64,000 nt of DNA from Alphaproteobacteria bacterium (lineage in GTDB: Bacteria > Pseudomonadota > Alphaproteobacteria > CALKHQ01): NCBI GenBank assembly GCA_965227515.1, contig CBDDFZ010000001.1, positions 768,001-832,000 on the forward strand, in the 5' to 3' direction. Every line of letters begins with the position of its first letter. The first letter of the stretch is position 1. Made by a program: the position numbers and the translations under genes. Positions 1 to 9,860 of this stretch are shown here, in pieces. The notes below the pieces were generated by a model. It saw nothing but the letters and a program-made list of their open reading frames with translations, did no database searches and was not told the origin of the DNA.

Positions 1-236
1 AAGCGCTCGGGCGACGGCAGCATGTGCGGCAGGTCGCGGTCGGTGTCGGCGATGCCGTCGATATCGAAGAACCGCGCGCCCGGGATGTGGGCGTCGGCGA
101 ACTCGGCGCGCGGGTCGCGGTTGGCGTGGGGCAGGTGGTAGGTGGCGTCCAGCACCACCAGGCCCGGGTCGGCAAGCTGGGTTTCCAGCCAGTCGGTTTC
201 CACCAGCGCGTCGGGATTCGCGTAGCCGCCGGACAT
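1..236 (-). CDS. sseA: 3-mercaptopyruvate sulfurtransferase / rhodanese, N-terminal part (runs off window start)
   Basis: Manual translation from ATG at 236: MSGGYANPDALVETDWLETQLADPGLVVLDATYHLP...HIPGARFFDID...LPHMLPSPE, a classic SseA N-terminus; not in the ORF track. Confidence 0.9.
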   Translation of the reverse strand, partial: MSGGYANPDALVETDWLETQLADPGLVVLDATYHLPHANRDPRAEFADAHIPGARFFDIDGIADTDRDLPHMLPSPER

Positions 237-241
237 CGCGC

Positions 242-955
242 TCAATCCACCAACTCGAGAGACACGCGGCGGTTCTGCTTGCCCTTGCTCTGGATCTTGA
301 CCACCTCGACCTTGCCGATCTCGCCGGTGTGCGCGACATGGGTGCCGCCGCACGGCTGCAGGTCGCGGCCGACGACCCGGATCAGCCGCACCTTGCCGCT
401 GCCGCTGGGCGGCTTCACCGCCATGGTCTTGACCAGTTCGGGCTGGGCGGCCAGCTCCTCGTCGCTGATCCACTCCATTTCCACCGGATCGTCGGCGTCG
501 ATCAGGCGATTGAGCTCGTCGGTCAGCGCCGCCTTGTCCGGCGGTGCCTCGTTCATGTCGAAGTCCAGCCGCCCGCGCCCGTCGCCGACCTGGCCGCCGG
601 TAACCGGATAGGTCAGCACCGCCGACAGCAGGTGCAGGCAGGTGTGCATGCGCATGTGGCGGTGGCGGCGGTCCCAGTCGATCTCCGCGGTCACCGTGGC
701 GCCGACGGCCGGCGGCGTCTCGCCCTCGGCCGGCACGTGGACCACCTCGTCCGGCGTGTCGCCCTTCACCGCGGTCGCGATGGCCACCGCGCTGCCGTCG
801 GCCAGCCGCAGCACGCCGCTGTCGCCCGGCTGCCCACCGCCGGTGGCGTAGAACACGGTGCGATCGAGCACGATGCCGCCACGGTCGTTCACGGCCGTCA
901 CCACGGCGTCGCACGATTTCAGATAGGGCTGGTCGCGAAACAGGGCCTCGGTCAT
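242..955 (-). CDS. alaX: AlaX-family alanyl-tRNA editing protein (alternative start 997)
   Basis: TVFYATGGGQPGD, HxxxH (HTCLH) and CxxxH (CGGTH) zinc motifs. Confidence 0.9.
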   Translation of the reverse strand: MTEALFRDQPYLKSCDAVVTAVNDRGGIVLDRTVFYATGGGQPGDSGVLRLADGSAVAIATAVKGDTPDEVVHVPAEGETPPAVGATVTAEIDWDRRHRHMRMHTCLHLLSAVLTYPVTGGQVGDGRGRLDFDMNEAPPDKAALTDELNRLIDADDPVEMEWISDEELAAQPELVKTMAVKPPSGSGKVRLIRVVGRDLQPCGGTHVAHTGEIGKVEVVKIQSKGKQNRRVSLELVD

Positions 956-989
956 GGGCGTTTCCGGAGCCTCATTTGGGCGTTGGGGG

Positions 990-1994
990 TCATGCATCCA
1001 TCCACGGTGGCGTCGGCAGGTCTTTGGAGCGCAGGAATTCCGGGTTGAACAGCCGCGACATGTACCGCGATCCGGAATCGCACAGCACGGTCACGATGGT
1101 GTGGCCGGGGCCGAGCTGCTTGGCCAACCTGATGGCGCCGGCGACATTGATGCCGCTTGACCCGCCCAGGCACAAGCCCTCATCGGTCAGCAGGTCGAAC
1201 GTGGTCTGCACGATCTCGGTATCTGGAATGCGGAAGGCCTCGTCGATGACGATCCCTTCCAGGTTGGCGGTGACGCGGCCCTGGCCAATGCCCTCGGTGA
1301 TCGACGAGCCCTCGGCCTTCAACTCGCCGGTCTTGACCCAGCTATAGATCGCCGCGCCGTGCGGATCGGCCAGGGTGATCTTCACCTCCGGCTTCTTCTC
1401 CTTCAGGAATGCGCTGACCCCGGCCAGCGTGCCGCCGGTGCCGACCGCGCTGACGAAGGCGTCGACCTTGCCGTCGGTCTGCTCCCAGATCTCGGGCCCG
1501 GTGGTGCGATAGTGGCCGAACCGGTTGGCGGTGTTGTCGAACTGGTTGGCCCAGAACGCGCCGTTGGGCTCGGTCACCGCGAGTTCGGCCGCCAGCCGGC
1601 CGGAGACCTTCACGTAGTTGTTGGGGTCGCGATAGGGCACGGCCGGCACCTCGCGCAGGTCCGCGCCGCACATCCGAAGCGTGTCCTTCTTCTCGTCGCT
1701 CTGGGTGTCCGGGATGACGATGACGGAGCGCATGCCGAGCGCCTGGCCGACCAGGGCGAGCCCGATGCCGGTGTTGCCGGCGGTGCCTTCCACGATGGTG
1801 CCGCCCGGCTTGACCAGGCCCATATCGAGGGCGTCCTGCACGATGGCGAGTGCCGCGCGGTCCTTCACCGATCCGCCGGGGTTCATGAACTCCGCCTTGC
1901 CCAATATCTCGCAGCCGGTCTCTTCCGATGCTTTGCGCAGGCGGATCAGGGGCGTGTTGCCGATGGTCTCCAGGAGGCCGTTCTTGATGTTCAT
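990..1994 (-). CDS. cysK: Cysteine synthase (PLP-dependent)
   Basis: IGNTPLIRL, NPGGSVKDR (PLP Lys), GTAGNTG, GTGGT motifs. Confidence 0.92.
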   Translation of the reverse strand: MNIKNGLLETIGNTPLIRLRKASEETGCEILGKAEFMNPGGSVKDRAALAIVQDALDMGLVKPGGTIVEGTAGNTGIGLALVGQALGMRSVIVIPDTQSDEKKDTLRMCGADLREVPAVPYRDPNNYVKVSGRLAAELAVTEPNGAFWANQFDNTANRFGHYRTTGPEIWEQTDGKVDAFVSAVGTGGTLAGVSAFLKEKKPEVKITLADPHGAAIYSWVKTGELKAEGSSITEGIGQGRVTANLEGIVIDEAFRIPDTEIVQTTFDLLTDEGLCLGGSSGINVAGAIRLAKQLGPGHTIVTVLCDSGSRYMSRLFNPEFLRSKDLPTPPWMDA

Positions 1995-2001
1995 GATGTC
2001 G

Positions 2002-2613
2002 TTATCCGTCGGTATCGGCCCAGGCGTCCCGGACCTCGTCGTGATGCAGCATCAGCCATTGCAGGGCGATGATCGCCAGCGCGTTGCTGATCTCGCCCCG
2101 CTCCAGCATGGCCACCGCTTCGGCGAACGGCACCACGAACGCGCGTATGTCTTCGTGCTCGTGGGGCAGGCCATGGATGCCGGCCACGCCGTCGCTGTTG
2201 ATGTGGGCGACGTAGCAGACGACGACCTCGTTGGTGCCGCCCGGGCTGGAGAGATATTGCGTGATCCGCCGTATGGCCAGCGGCGCCCGGCCGATTTCCT
2301 CGACGCACTCGCGCCGCGCCACGCTGTCGTAGTCCTCGCCGTCCTCCACCAGGCCGGCAACCACCTCGATCTGCCAGGCCGGCAGGTCCGTCAGGTGGGC
2401 GCCCAGCCGGAACTGCTCGATCAGCACCACCGTGTCGCTCACCGGATCGTAGGGCAGCACCGCCACCGCCGGTCGGCGGATGAACATCTCCCGCTCCATG
2501 ATGTCGGTCCAGCCGCCACGGAACAGCTTGTGGCGCAGCTTCATCACGTCCATGCGGAAGAACCGCCGATAGGGCGTTTCGCGCTCGAGAATCTCGACGT
2601 CGGAGGAGTCCAT
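2002..2613 (-). CDS. nudF: ADP-ribose pyrophosphatase (Nudix)
   Basis: Nudix box GLVEDGEDYDSVARRECVEEIG; LIEQFR; SPGG; EHEDI. Confidence 0.85.
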   Translation of the reverse strand: MDSSDVEILERETPYRRFFRMDVMKLRHKLFRGGWTDIMEREMFIRRPAVAVLPYDPVSDTVVLIEQFRLGAHLTDLPAWQIEVVAGLVEDGEDYDSVARRECVEEIGRAPLAIRRITQYLSSPGGTNEVVVCYVAHINSDGVAGIHGLPHEHEDIRAFVVPFAEAVAMLERGEISNALAIIALQWLMLHHDEVRDAWADTDG

Positions 2614-2872
2614 GGCGGCCGATTGTCAGAACAAGATGGCGGCCATGGATAGACCGCGACGGGGCCGAGCGCAATGCGCCTCGGCTCGCCCGCCGGTCTC
2701 AGGTGCGGTCACAAGAAGTCCATGCGGCAACCGGTCACCCTCCCCGACGAATATTTGAGTGCTCATATGGTGTTAAGACGAGCGACCAGGTGAAGGTGGC
2801 ACGGCTTGAGGATCGCCCGTGTAATCGCGGGCGGTGGGCATGTGTGCTTTCTAAAGAAGAACGAGGCTGTCG

Positions 2873-3484
2873 ATGACAAGACTTGCAATCGGATGCCTGT
2901 TGGCATCGTGCGTGCTGATCGCGGGTTGCGCGCAACGCGTGGCGCCGACCACCGACGACGGTGTGGAGCCACCGGATAACGAGGCCGAGCTGGCGGTGGT
3001 GCCGGCGTCCACGTCGGCGCCGTCGGTGGTGGTTTCCGACGATCCGCCACGTGAGTTGCGGTTCACGTCGCAGTTGTCCTCCAGCCAACGCGCCGTCATC
3101 CGTTCCGAACTGGCCGAGATGACCGGATTGAACGCGGCCTTGTCCGGGGCGACGGCGGTGGACATCGACCTGAACGCGGACGGCACCAACGAGGTGCTGG
3201 TGATGATCAAGAACAATGCCTGGTGCGGGTCCGGCGATGTTTGCAACATCTGGTTGTTCGGCCAAACTGCGGACGGGTGGCGCCAGCTTGGCAGCGGCCG
3301 GGACGCGGGCTCGTGTGTCTCCGTGTTGCCGACGGCCACCAACGGCTACCGGGACCTGCGGTTGCACGGCCAATGTGCGGTCGAGATGTGCACGTTCGAC
3401 CTGCGCTATGACGGCAACCAGTACCAGTGGGACGGCAACAGCGACTGCGAAGAAATACCGGAACTGATCTTGAGACAGCCGTAA
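2873..3484 (+). CDS. Hypothetical Cys-rich lipoprotein
   Basis: Signal peptide with lipobox IAGC; DLNADGTNE and WCGSGDVC motifs; GAGG RBS. Confidence 0.65.
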   Translation: MTRLAIGCLLASCVLIAGCAQRVAPTTDDGVEPPDNEAELAVVPASTSAPSVVVSDDPPRELRFTSQLSSSQRAVIRSELAEMTGLNAALSGATAVDIDLNADGTNEVLVMIKNNAWCGSGDVCNIWLFGQTADGWRQLGSGRDAGSCVSVLPTATNGYRDLRLHGQCAVEMCTFDLRYDGNQYQWDGNSDCEEIPELILRQP

Positions 3485-3692
3485 CGTGCCAGGCAGGTGT
3501 GTCGCGGCGACCGGGCCGAACCGCCATGCGCGGCTCGGCCCGGCTTTGTTGCGCAACATTCGCGCGCTGGCACAAACATTACAGTCGAGATAGCATTCGC
3601 GCGCTCGCCGGTTCGGCGGGCGGTTCGATGTCATCACAAAACGACGGCTGCCGCGGTCCGGGTGGCCTGGTTCCGTCTTGGGGAGGTGCGCG

Positions 3693-4433
3693 ATGCCGAC
3701 GATGAATATCTACATGCTGGTCACCGACGGAATTCTCATGGGGAACGAGAGTAAGAGAGTGGCCGACGTCTTCGCCGGTTTCGCAGGTTTCGTGGGCCTC
3801 CAACGCACTAACGCGCCTGCGGCGGACCTCAATGTTTTTATGGCGACAGAATTTTATTATGGCGCGAACGCACGTCCTAAGGCGGACCGCAAGAAGGTCG
3901 AAAAACTGGCTCGAACTCTTTCACGCGGACACGGCAACAGCCTTGTTTTTCCAGGGACTATTATACAAGAAAAGGGCGACGGTATTAAGAACAGGTTGCC
4001 GATCTACTTCAACGGCAACGAAGTATTATTGCATTCCAAACGAAGCTGGGGCGGGTCCCGCACGGCGGACGGCTCGAGCGGTGGCGCCGCCTTCATTGCC
4101 GGCGAAAAGGATCCCACATTCACTATCACTGTTGCCGGCACCCAGTACACCTGCGGGGTCGAAATCTGCATGGACCACCAGGCCGGCGATCTCGCTGGCT
4201 ATCTGGCGCAGGCGGGTGCGGCGGTCGATCTTCATTTCATCGTGGGCAACACGGTGGGCGCCGACCAGAACAACCTGTGCGGCACAACTCTCTCTGTGCT
4301 GTGTAACGCCAACATGGGCATAGCTGCCGGTATGCTAGCGCTGGGCAGCCGGGTTTTTGACAACGCCGGAACAGAGGTGGCGCATGCTACCCAGACGATG
4401 CACGAAAAGTCGTGGACCGGCTTGGTTTTTTGA
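3693..4433 (+). CDS. Divergent carbon-nitrogen hydrolase (nitrilase-fold)-like protein
   Basis: GGAGG RBS; putative E-K-C triad in MATEFYY / HSKR / EICMDH; lower GC than flanks. Confidence 0.5.
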   Translation: MPTMNIYMLVTDGILMGNESKRVADVFAGFAGFVGLQRTNAPAADLNVFMATEFYYGANARPKADRKKVEKLARTLSRGHGNSLVFPGTIIQEKGDGIKNRLPIYFNGNEVLLHSKRSWGGSRTADGSSGGAAFIAGEKDPTFTITVAGTQYTCGVEICMDHQAGDLAGYLAQAGAAVDLHFIVGNTVGADQNNLCGTTLSVLCNANMGIAAGMLALGSRVFDNAGTEVAHATQTMHEKSWTGLVF

Positions 4434-4476
4434 TCCCCGTGCCACGGCACTCCCAGGTCGCGACCTTCCCATTCCG

Positions 4477-4509
4477 CAATTCGGGCCACAATTCGGGCCA
4501 CAATTCGGG
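4477..4509. repeat. Tandem repeat, 12-bp unit CAATTCGGGCCA x2.75
   Basis: Read directly. Confidence 0.85.
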
Positions 4510-4525
4510 TATGCCGGCACCGCCG

Positions 4526-4565
4526 CCGGGCCACCCAGATAGGATACTACCGTTGGGCGGCCGGG
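4526..4565. repeat. Hairpin repeat core (family shared with 38455-38536 and 61941-62023)
   Basis: ccgggccacccagataggatactaccgttgggcggccggg resembles the reverse complement of the 38.5-kb hairpin core. Confidence 0.7.
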
Positions 4566-4638
4566 CGCCAAAAGGGAGCGCGGATGCGCGCCCGCACGGA
4601 AATGGGTGTGGGCCGGCGCAGATAAGCCGAAAGTTGCT

Positions 4639-5421
4639 CTAAGCCGCCGACAGCTCCTGCTCCAGTTCGGCGATCTCCGCGCCGCCGGCCATCAGCGTCC
4701 TGATCTCGTCGGAGTCCAGCTCGTCGGTGGTGCCGCTGCCGATCACCCGGCCGCGGCTCAGGAACGTGAACCGGTCGGCGATCAGCTTGGCGTGCAGGTC
4801 GTTGTGGGTGATCAGGATGATGGCGATGTTGCCCAGCCCCTGCACCCGCTTGATCATGCGCAGCACCTCCATCTGCTGCTTCTGGCCCAGGGCCGAGGTC
4901 GGCTCGTCCAGGATCAGCACGTTGGCGCCGAAGTAGATCGCGCGCGCGATCGCCAGGGTCTGGCGCTGGCCGCCGGACATGGTGCCGATGGGCTGGTTCG
5001 GATCGGCAACGTCGATGCCGAGCTTGCCCATTTCCTCGCGCGCGATGCGTTCCATCCGCGGCACGTCCAGGAACTTGAACGGTCCCGCCCCTCTCCTGAA
5101 CTCGCGCCCCATGAAGAAGTTGCGGGTGACCGACATCAGCGGCACCAGCGCCAAGTCCTGGTAGACGGTGCCGATGCCGGCGTTGGCGGCGGCGCGCGGC
5201 GAGCCGAAGTGCACCGCCCTGCCGTCGATCAGGATTTGGCCTTCGGTCGGCTGGTGCACGCCGGACAGCGTCTTGATCAGGGTCGACTTGCCGGCGCCGT
5301 TGTCCCCGAGCAGGGCGTGCACCTCGCCCCGATAGGCGGTGAGCGTGACGTCGGCCAGTGCGATGATATTGCCGAAGCGCTTGCCGACGTTGCGCACTTC
5401 GATCAGCGGTGTATCGGCCAT
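4639..5421 (-). CDS. Sugar ABC transporter ATP-binding protein
   Basis: GDNGAGKST Walker A, MSGGQ signature, ILDEPT. Confidence 0.95.
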   Translation of the reverse strand: MADTPLIEVRNVGKRFGNIIALADVTLTAYRGEVHALLGDNGAGKSTLIKTLSGVHQPTEGQILIDGRAVHFGSPRAAANAGIGTVYQDLALVPLMSVTRNFFMGREFRRGAGPFKFLDVPRMERIAREEMGKLGIDVADPNQPIGTMSGGQRQTLAIARAIYFGANVLILDEPTSALGQKQQMEVLRMIKRVQGLGNIAIILITHNDLHAKLIADRFTFLSRGRVIGSGTTDELDSDEIRTLMAGGAEIAELEQELSAA

Positions 5422-5424
5422 GGC

Positions 5425-6528
5425 TCAGCTCCCGCCCGTCATGCGTCTGCGGATATAGGTATTGAAGGCGACCGCCAGCAGCAGGATGCCGCCCAGGAAC
5501 ACGCGGTACCAGTCGCCGTCGATGGTGGTGTAGTTGAAGCCCAGATTGACCATGCCGTAGATCAGCGCGCCCAGGCAGGCCCCGATGATGTTGCCGTAGC
5601 CGCCGGTCAGCAACGCGCCGCCGATGACCGACGCGGCGATGGCCTCCAGCTCCTTCAGATTGCCGCGCGCGGCATCGACCGCGCCACCCTGGAACAGCAG
5701 GATCGCGCCCATGATGGTGGCGCAGAGCGCGGTGATCATGAACAGCGAGATCTTGACCGCGTTCACCGGCACGCCGACCGAGCGCGCGGCCTCCGGGCTG
5801 CCGCCGGCGGCATAGATCCAGTTGCCGGGCCGCGTGCGCGACAGCACGATGTGGGCGATCACGGCCAGCACCAGCAGCCAGACGATCGACATCGGCACGC
5901 CGACATCGATGATGATCTCGTTGTCGCCGCGCATGAACGAGGATTCGAAGGTGAACAGGTCGCCGCCGAAGAACCAGGCGATCGAGTAGATCTCCTCGCT
6001 CATGCCGGAGAAGCCTTCGACCTGGGTGTCGCCGTGAATCCAGCGCATCGAGACCAGCATCGCGCCCCGCAGCAGGAACAGAAACGCCAACGACACAATG
6101 AACGATGGCAGGCGGGTCGCCACCACGATCAGGCCGATGATGGCGCCGATGCCCATCGCCATCACGATCGTGATCAAGAGCGCGAGCCAGACCGGCAGTT
6201 CGGCCTCATGGATCAGCATGCCGAGAATGGCGCTGGAGAACCCGATCATCGAGCCCAGCGACAAGTCGAACTCGCCGCCGATCATCAACAGGCAGGCGCC
6301 GATGGCGATAATGCCGAGCAGTGCGCACACGTTCAGCCAGTTGAACAGGCCCTGGGGCGAGAACATCTGCGCGCTGGCGGCAAACGAGAAGAATATCAGC
6401 AGTACGACGAAGCCTGAGATGGCGCCCAGTTCGGGCCGCGCCATCAGGCGCGTGATAAACGACTGGGTGTAGATCCGCTCGTCGACGTCGGGTTTGGGCG
6501 ACGCGTCGGCTTGTGTTTCGGCGGTCAT
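5425..6528 (-). CDS. Sugar ABC transporter permease (RbsC family)
   Basis: Multiple TM helices; GEFDLSLGS, AAGGSPEAARSVG, ELEAIAASVIGG. Confidence 0.95.
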   Translation of the reverse strand: MTAETQADASPKPDVDERIYTQSFITRLMARPELGAISGFVVLLIFFSFAASAQMFSPQGLFNWLNVCALLGIIAIGACLLMIGGEFDLSLGSMIGFSSAILGMLIHEAELPVWLALLITIVMAMGIGAIIGLIVVATRLPSFIVSLAFLFLLRGAMLVSMRWIHGDTQVEGFSGMSEEIYSIAWFFGGDLFTFESSFMRGDNEIIIDVGVPMSIVWLLVLAVIAHIVLSRTRPGNWIYAAGGSPEAARSVGVPVNAVKISLFMITALCATIMGAILLFQGGAVDAARGNLKELEAIAASVIGGALLTGGYGNIIGACLGALIYGMVNLGFNYTTIDGDWYRVFLGGILLLAVAFNTYIRRRMTGGS

Positions 6529-6695
6529 GGCAGCTTACCCGCAGCGTATCGGGTGGACGGACCCTCATGGTGCGCGGACGGCGATGTCTTGCGCACGGTC
6601 CGGATACGGCAGGGGCGGCACCGCGATACGGCACCGCCCCCGACGCAACTAATGCAACCTTGGCACGGCCCTGAGATCGGGCCGCATCCGGGCGG

Positions 6696-7631
6696 CTAGC
6701 GGTACTGGCCCGCCAGCTCCAGGACCTGTGCGGCGTTCTCCTGGGTCACGAAGCCAGGGCCCGACGGGATGTCGGCGCCGGGCAGCAGCCCATACTGGTT
6801 GTAGAGGTGCAGCACCACCAGCGGCATGTAGCCCTGCAGGAACTGCTGCTGGTCGATGGCGAAGGCCACGTCGCCGGCCTGGATGCCCTCGACCACGCCG
6901 GGCGTCAGGTCGAAGCAGCCTAGGTGGATCTGGCCGTTCAGGCCCAAACCGGTCAGCGCCTTGACCGCGGCCTCGCACACGTGCGGGCCGGTCGCGAACA
7001 CGCCGTCGATCTCGGCATCCGACGACACCGCGGCGGCGGTGCGCGCCTCGATCTCGGCCGGATCGTTGGTCACATCGATCATGTTGAGCTCTTGGCCCAG
7101 ACCGTCGAAATAGCCCTCGCAGCGCTGCACCAGCGCGACGTTGAAGGCTTCCTGGTTCAGGCAGATGCCCTTGGTCACGCCCGCCGCGGCCGCGCGTGCG
7201 CCGCCTGCGCTGCCGGCCTCGTACTCGGGCTGGCCGACGTGCATCAGCACACCCAGCTCACCCGCGACATCGGCGCCGGAATTGATCGAGACCACCGGGA
7301 TGCCGGCGGCGACGGCGGCCTGGATCGGCCCGCCCAGGATGTCGGCATCGGGGATCGAGACGACGATGCCGTCGGGACCCTGCGCGATGGCGGCCTCGAC
7401 GATCTGGCCCATCTCGACCAGGTCGCCGGCGGACGGGTGGCGGTACTCGAGGCCGACACCCAGATCGGCGGCCGCTTCCTCTGCGGCGCGCTGCACGACC
7501 GGCCAGAACGGATCGGTGCCGGCGGTGTGGGTGACCATGATGTAGGTCTCGTCCTGCGCCATGGCGCCGTTGGCCAGCGCGGTGACGCCGGCAAGCGCCG
7601 CAGCGGCGCTCAGCATGATTGTCTTGTGCAT
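6696..7631 (-). CDS. Sugar ABC transporter substrate-binding protein (RbsB-like)
   Basis: Signal peptide; DPFWPVV, IDQQQFLQGY; GGAGGAG RBS. Confidence 0.92.
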   Translation of the reverse strand: MHKTIMLSAAAALAGVTALANGAMAQDETYIMVTHTAGTDPFWPVVQRAAEEAAADLGVGLEYRHPSAGDLVEMGQIVEAAIAQGPDGIVVSIPDADILGGPIQAAVAAGIPVVSINSGADVAGELGVLMHVGQPEYEAGSAGGARAAAAGVTKGICLNQEAFNVALVQRCEGYFDGLGQELNMIDVTNDPAEIEARTAAAVSSDAEIDGVFATGPHVCEAAVKALTGLGLNGQIHLGCFDLTPGVVEGIQAGDVAFAIDQQQFLQGYMPLVVLHLYNQYGLLPGADIPSGPGFVTQENAAQVLELAGQYR

Positions 7632-8066
7632 GTCTCTTTGCTCCTCCCAAGAGATCGTGATTGGCGTCATCGGTTCTCCGGTGCGCCGGGCCACTATCGG
7701 CCCTTACTTCGTGGCCAAAAAATACAATCGGCCTGCGTATGTAAAGGCGATTTTGTCCGGCGCGAAGGCCAGCCCCGCGCGGTGCGCGCGCGTTGCCGTC
7801 CGTGGGCGCATTTCCGGCCGTCCACGGATTGTCGTTTGACAGATGCGCACGTGTTCCCGATAATCTTCGCAGGTTCAAGCGTTGGCAATGCGAACACGTC
7901 GACGGCAAATCCCCGCAGGTGGATCAAGTAAAACGCCAACCCGTTGCAAGAAAATATCACAAAAAAATGGGGTGCTATTGATGCGGTACGCTGAGCGCGC
8001 ACTGCGTTTTGTTGCGCGTGGCCGCAGGCCAATGCCTTCACAACGATTTTCGAGGGAGAATTGAGC

Positions 8067-9710
8067 ATGTCCGACAAGAAATGGTGGAAAGATGTCCACC
8101 CCGGTATCCCCGATGTGGCCGAGCGTCTGCGCAAGGAAGAGATCAGCCGGCGTGAATTTGTCCGCACGGCGACCCTGCTCGGCATGTCGGCGACCGCGGC
8201 CTATGCGGTGGCGGGCGAACTGACCGGCCAGGGCGCGGTGCCGGCCGCCGAGGCGCAGGACGGCGAGCCGACGATGGGCGGCACCCTGCGCTGCGGCATG
8301 CGGGTGCAGCAGATGAAGGACCCGGCGACCTTCGACTGGACCGAGAAGTCGAACCAGGCCCGCCACGTGCTGGAATACCTGGCCAAGACCGACGCCAACA
8401 ACATCACCACGCCATACCTTCTGGAAGGCTGGGAAGCGTCGGAGGATCTGAAGACCTGGACGTTCAACCTGCGCCAGGGCGTGAAGTGGAACAATGGCGA
8501 CGATTTCATCGCTGAGGACGTGAAGGCCAATTTCGATCGCTGGACCGACCCGGAAGTCGGCTCGTCGAACGAGAGCCTGTTCTCGTCGCTGGACGGGGTG
8601 GAGATCGTCAATGACCATCAGGTGCTGCTGCATCTGAAATCGGCCGAGCTGGCGATCCCGGAGAACCTCTACAACTATCCGACCGCGATCACCCACCGCA
8701 GCTTCCAGGAGACGGGCGCCGACTTCGAGGCGAACCCGATCGGGACCGGCCCGTATGAGCTGACCGACTTCGAGGTCGGCGGCGTGTGCCGCCTGGCCAA
8801 GCGCGATCCCAGCCAGTACTGGGGCGACGAGGTCTACCTCGACGGCATCGAGTACATCGACTTCGGCGAAGGCACCGGCCCGTCGGTGCAGGCGCTGCTG
8901 TCCGGCCAGGTCGACACCGTCTACGAGATCGGCGTCGAGGAAATCGAGGTCATCGAGAACGAGGCCGACCTGCGGGTGTACGAGGCGATCACGGCGCAGA
9001 CCGGTGTGGCGCGCATGCGGGTGACCGAGGCGCCGTTCGACGACGTGCGCGTGCGGCAGGCCGTGGTGGCCTGCCTGGACAACGACCGCCTGCTGCAGAT
9101 TGGCTATCGCGGCCGTGGCGCGCCGGCGGAGAACCACCATGTCTGCCCGATCCACCCGGAATACTTCGCCCTGCCGCGGCTGTCGCAGGACCATGAGCGG
9201 GCACGGGCGCTGCTGGCCGAGGCCGGCCACGCCGACGGCATCAACATCACCATCGACGTGCGCCAGGCGCCGGCATGGGAGTTGAACACCGTCACCGCGA
9301 TGAAGGAAATGTTGGAGCCGGCCGGCATCAACATGGAAATCAACGTGATGCCGAGCTCGCAGTACTGGGAGGTCTGGGACAAGACGCCGTTCGGCTTCAC
9401 CGCCTGGACCCACCGCCCGCTCGGCGTGATGGTCATGAACCTGGCCTACCGCTCCGGCGTGTCGTGGAACGAGAGCGCGTATTCGAACCCCGAGTTCGAT
9501 GCCGCGCTGGACGTGGCCAGCGGCATCCTGGATCCGGTGGAGCGTGCCAAGCAGATGGAAGTGGTGGAAGGCATCCTGCAGAACGACGCGGTGATCGCCC
9601 AGCCGCTGTGGCGCGCGGTCTACACGGCCGCCAATACCAGCGTCATGGGCCGGGTCTGCCACCCGACCTACTATCACCAGTTCAACACCGTCTGGCTCCA
9701 ATCGTCCTGA
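8067..9710 (+). CDS. Peptide/nickel ABC substrate-binding protein (family 5), Tat-exported
   Basis: SRREFV Tat motif; WTFNLRQGVKW; GTGPY; DVRVRQA. Confidence 0.93.
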   Translation: MSDKKWWKDVHPGIPDVAERLRKEEISRREFVRTATLLGMSATAAYAVAGELTGQGAVPAAEAQDGEPTMGGTLRCGMRVQQMKDPATFDWTEKSNQARHVLEYLAKTDANNITTPYLLEGWEASEDLKTWTFNLRQGVKWNNGDDFIAEDVKANFDRWTDPEVGSSNESLFSSLDGVEIVNDHQVLLHLKSAELAIPENLYNYPTAITHRSFQETGADFEANPIGTGPYELTDFEVGGVCRLAKRDPSQYWGDEVYLDGIEYIDFGEGTGPSVQALLSGQVDTVYEIGVEEIEVIENEADLRVYEAITAQTGVARMRVTEAPFDDVRVRQAVVACLDNDRLLQIGYRGRGAPAENHHVCPIHPEYFALPRLSQDHERARALLAEAGHADGINITIDVRQAPAWELNTVTAMKEMLEPAGINMEINVMPSSQYWEVWDKTPFGFTAWTHRPLGVMVMNLAYRSGVSWNESAYSNPEFDAALDVASGILDPVERAKQMEVVEGILQNDAVIAQPLWRAVYTAANTSVMGRVCHPTYYHQFNTVWLQSS

Positions 9711-9860
9711 CGGTTCGGTGATGCGGGCGGCGGTCGATACGCCGCCGTCCGCCCTTCTCCGCAATCCACGGGCCCGCGCCGCCCAGGCGCCTGGTTTCGA
9801 GACCCGATGACTGCGGACACGACCTGATCCGGCTGCAACCCGGAGGGCCTGCAAAGCGAC

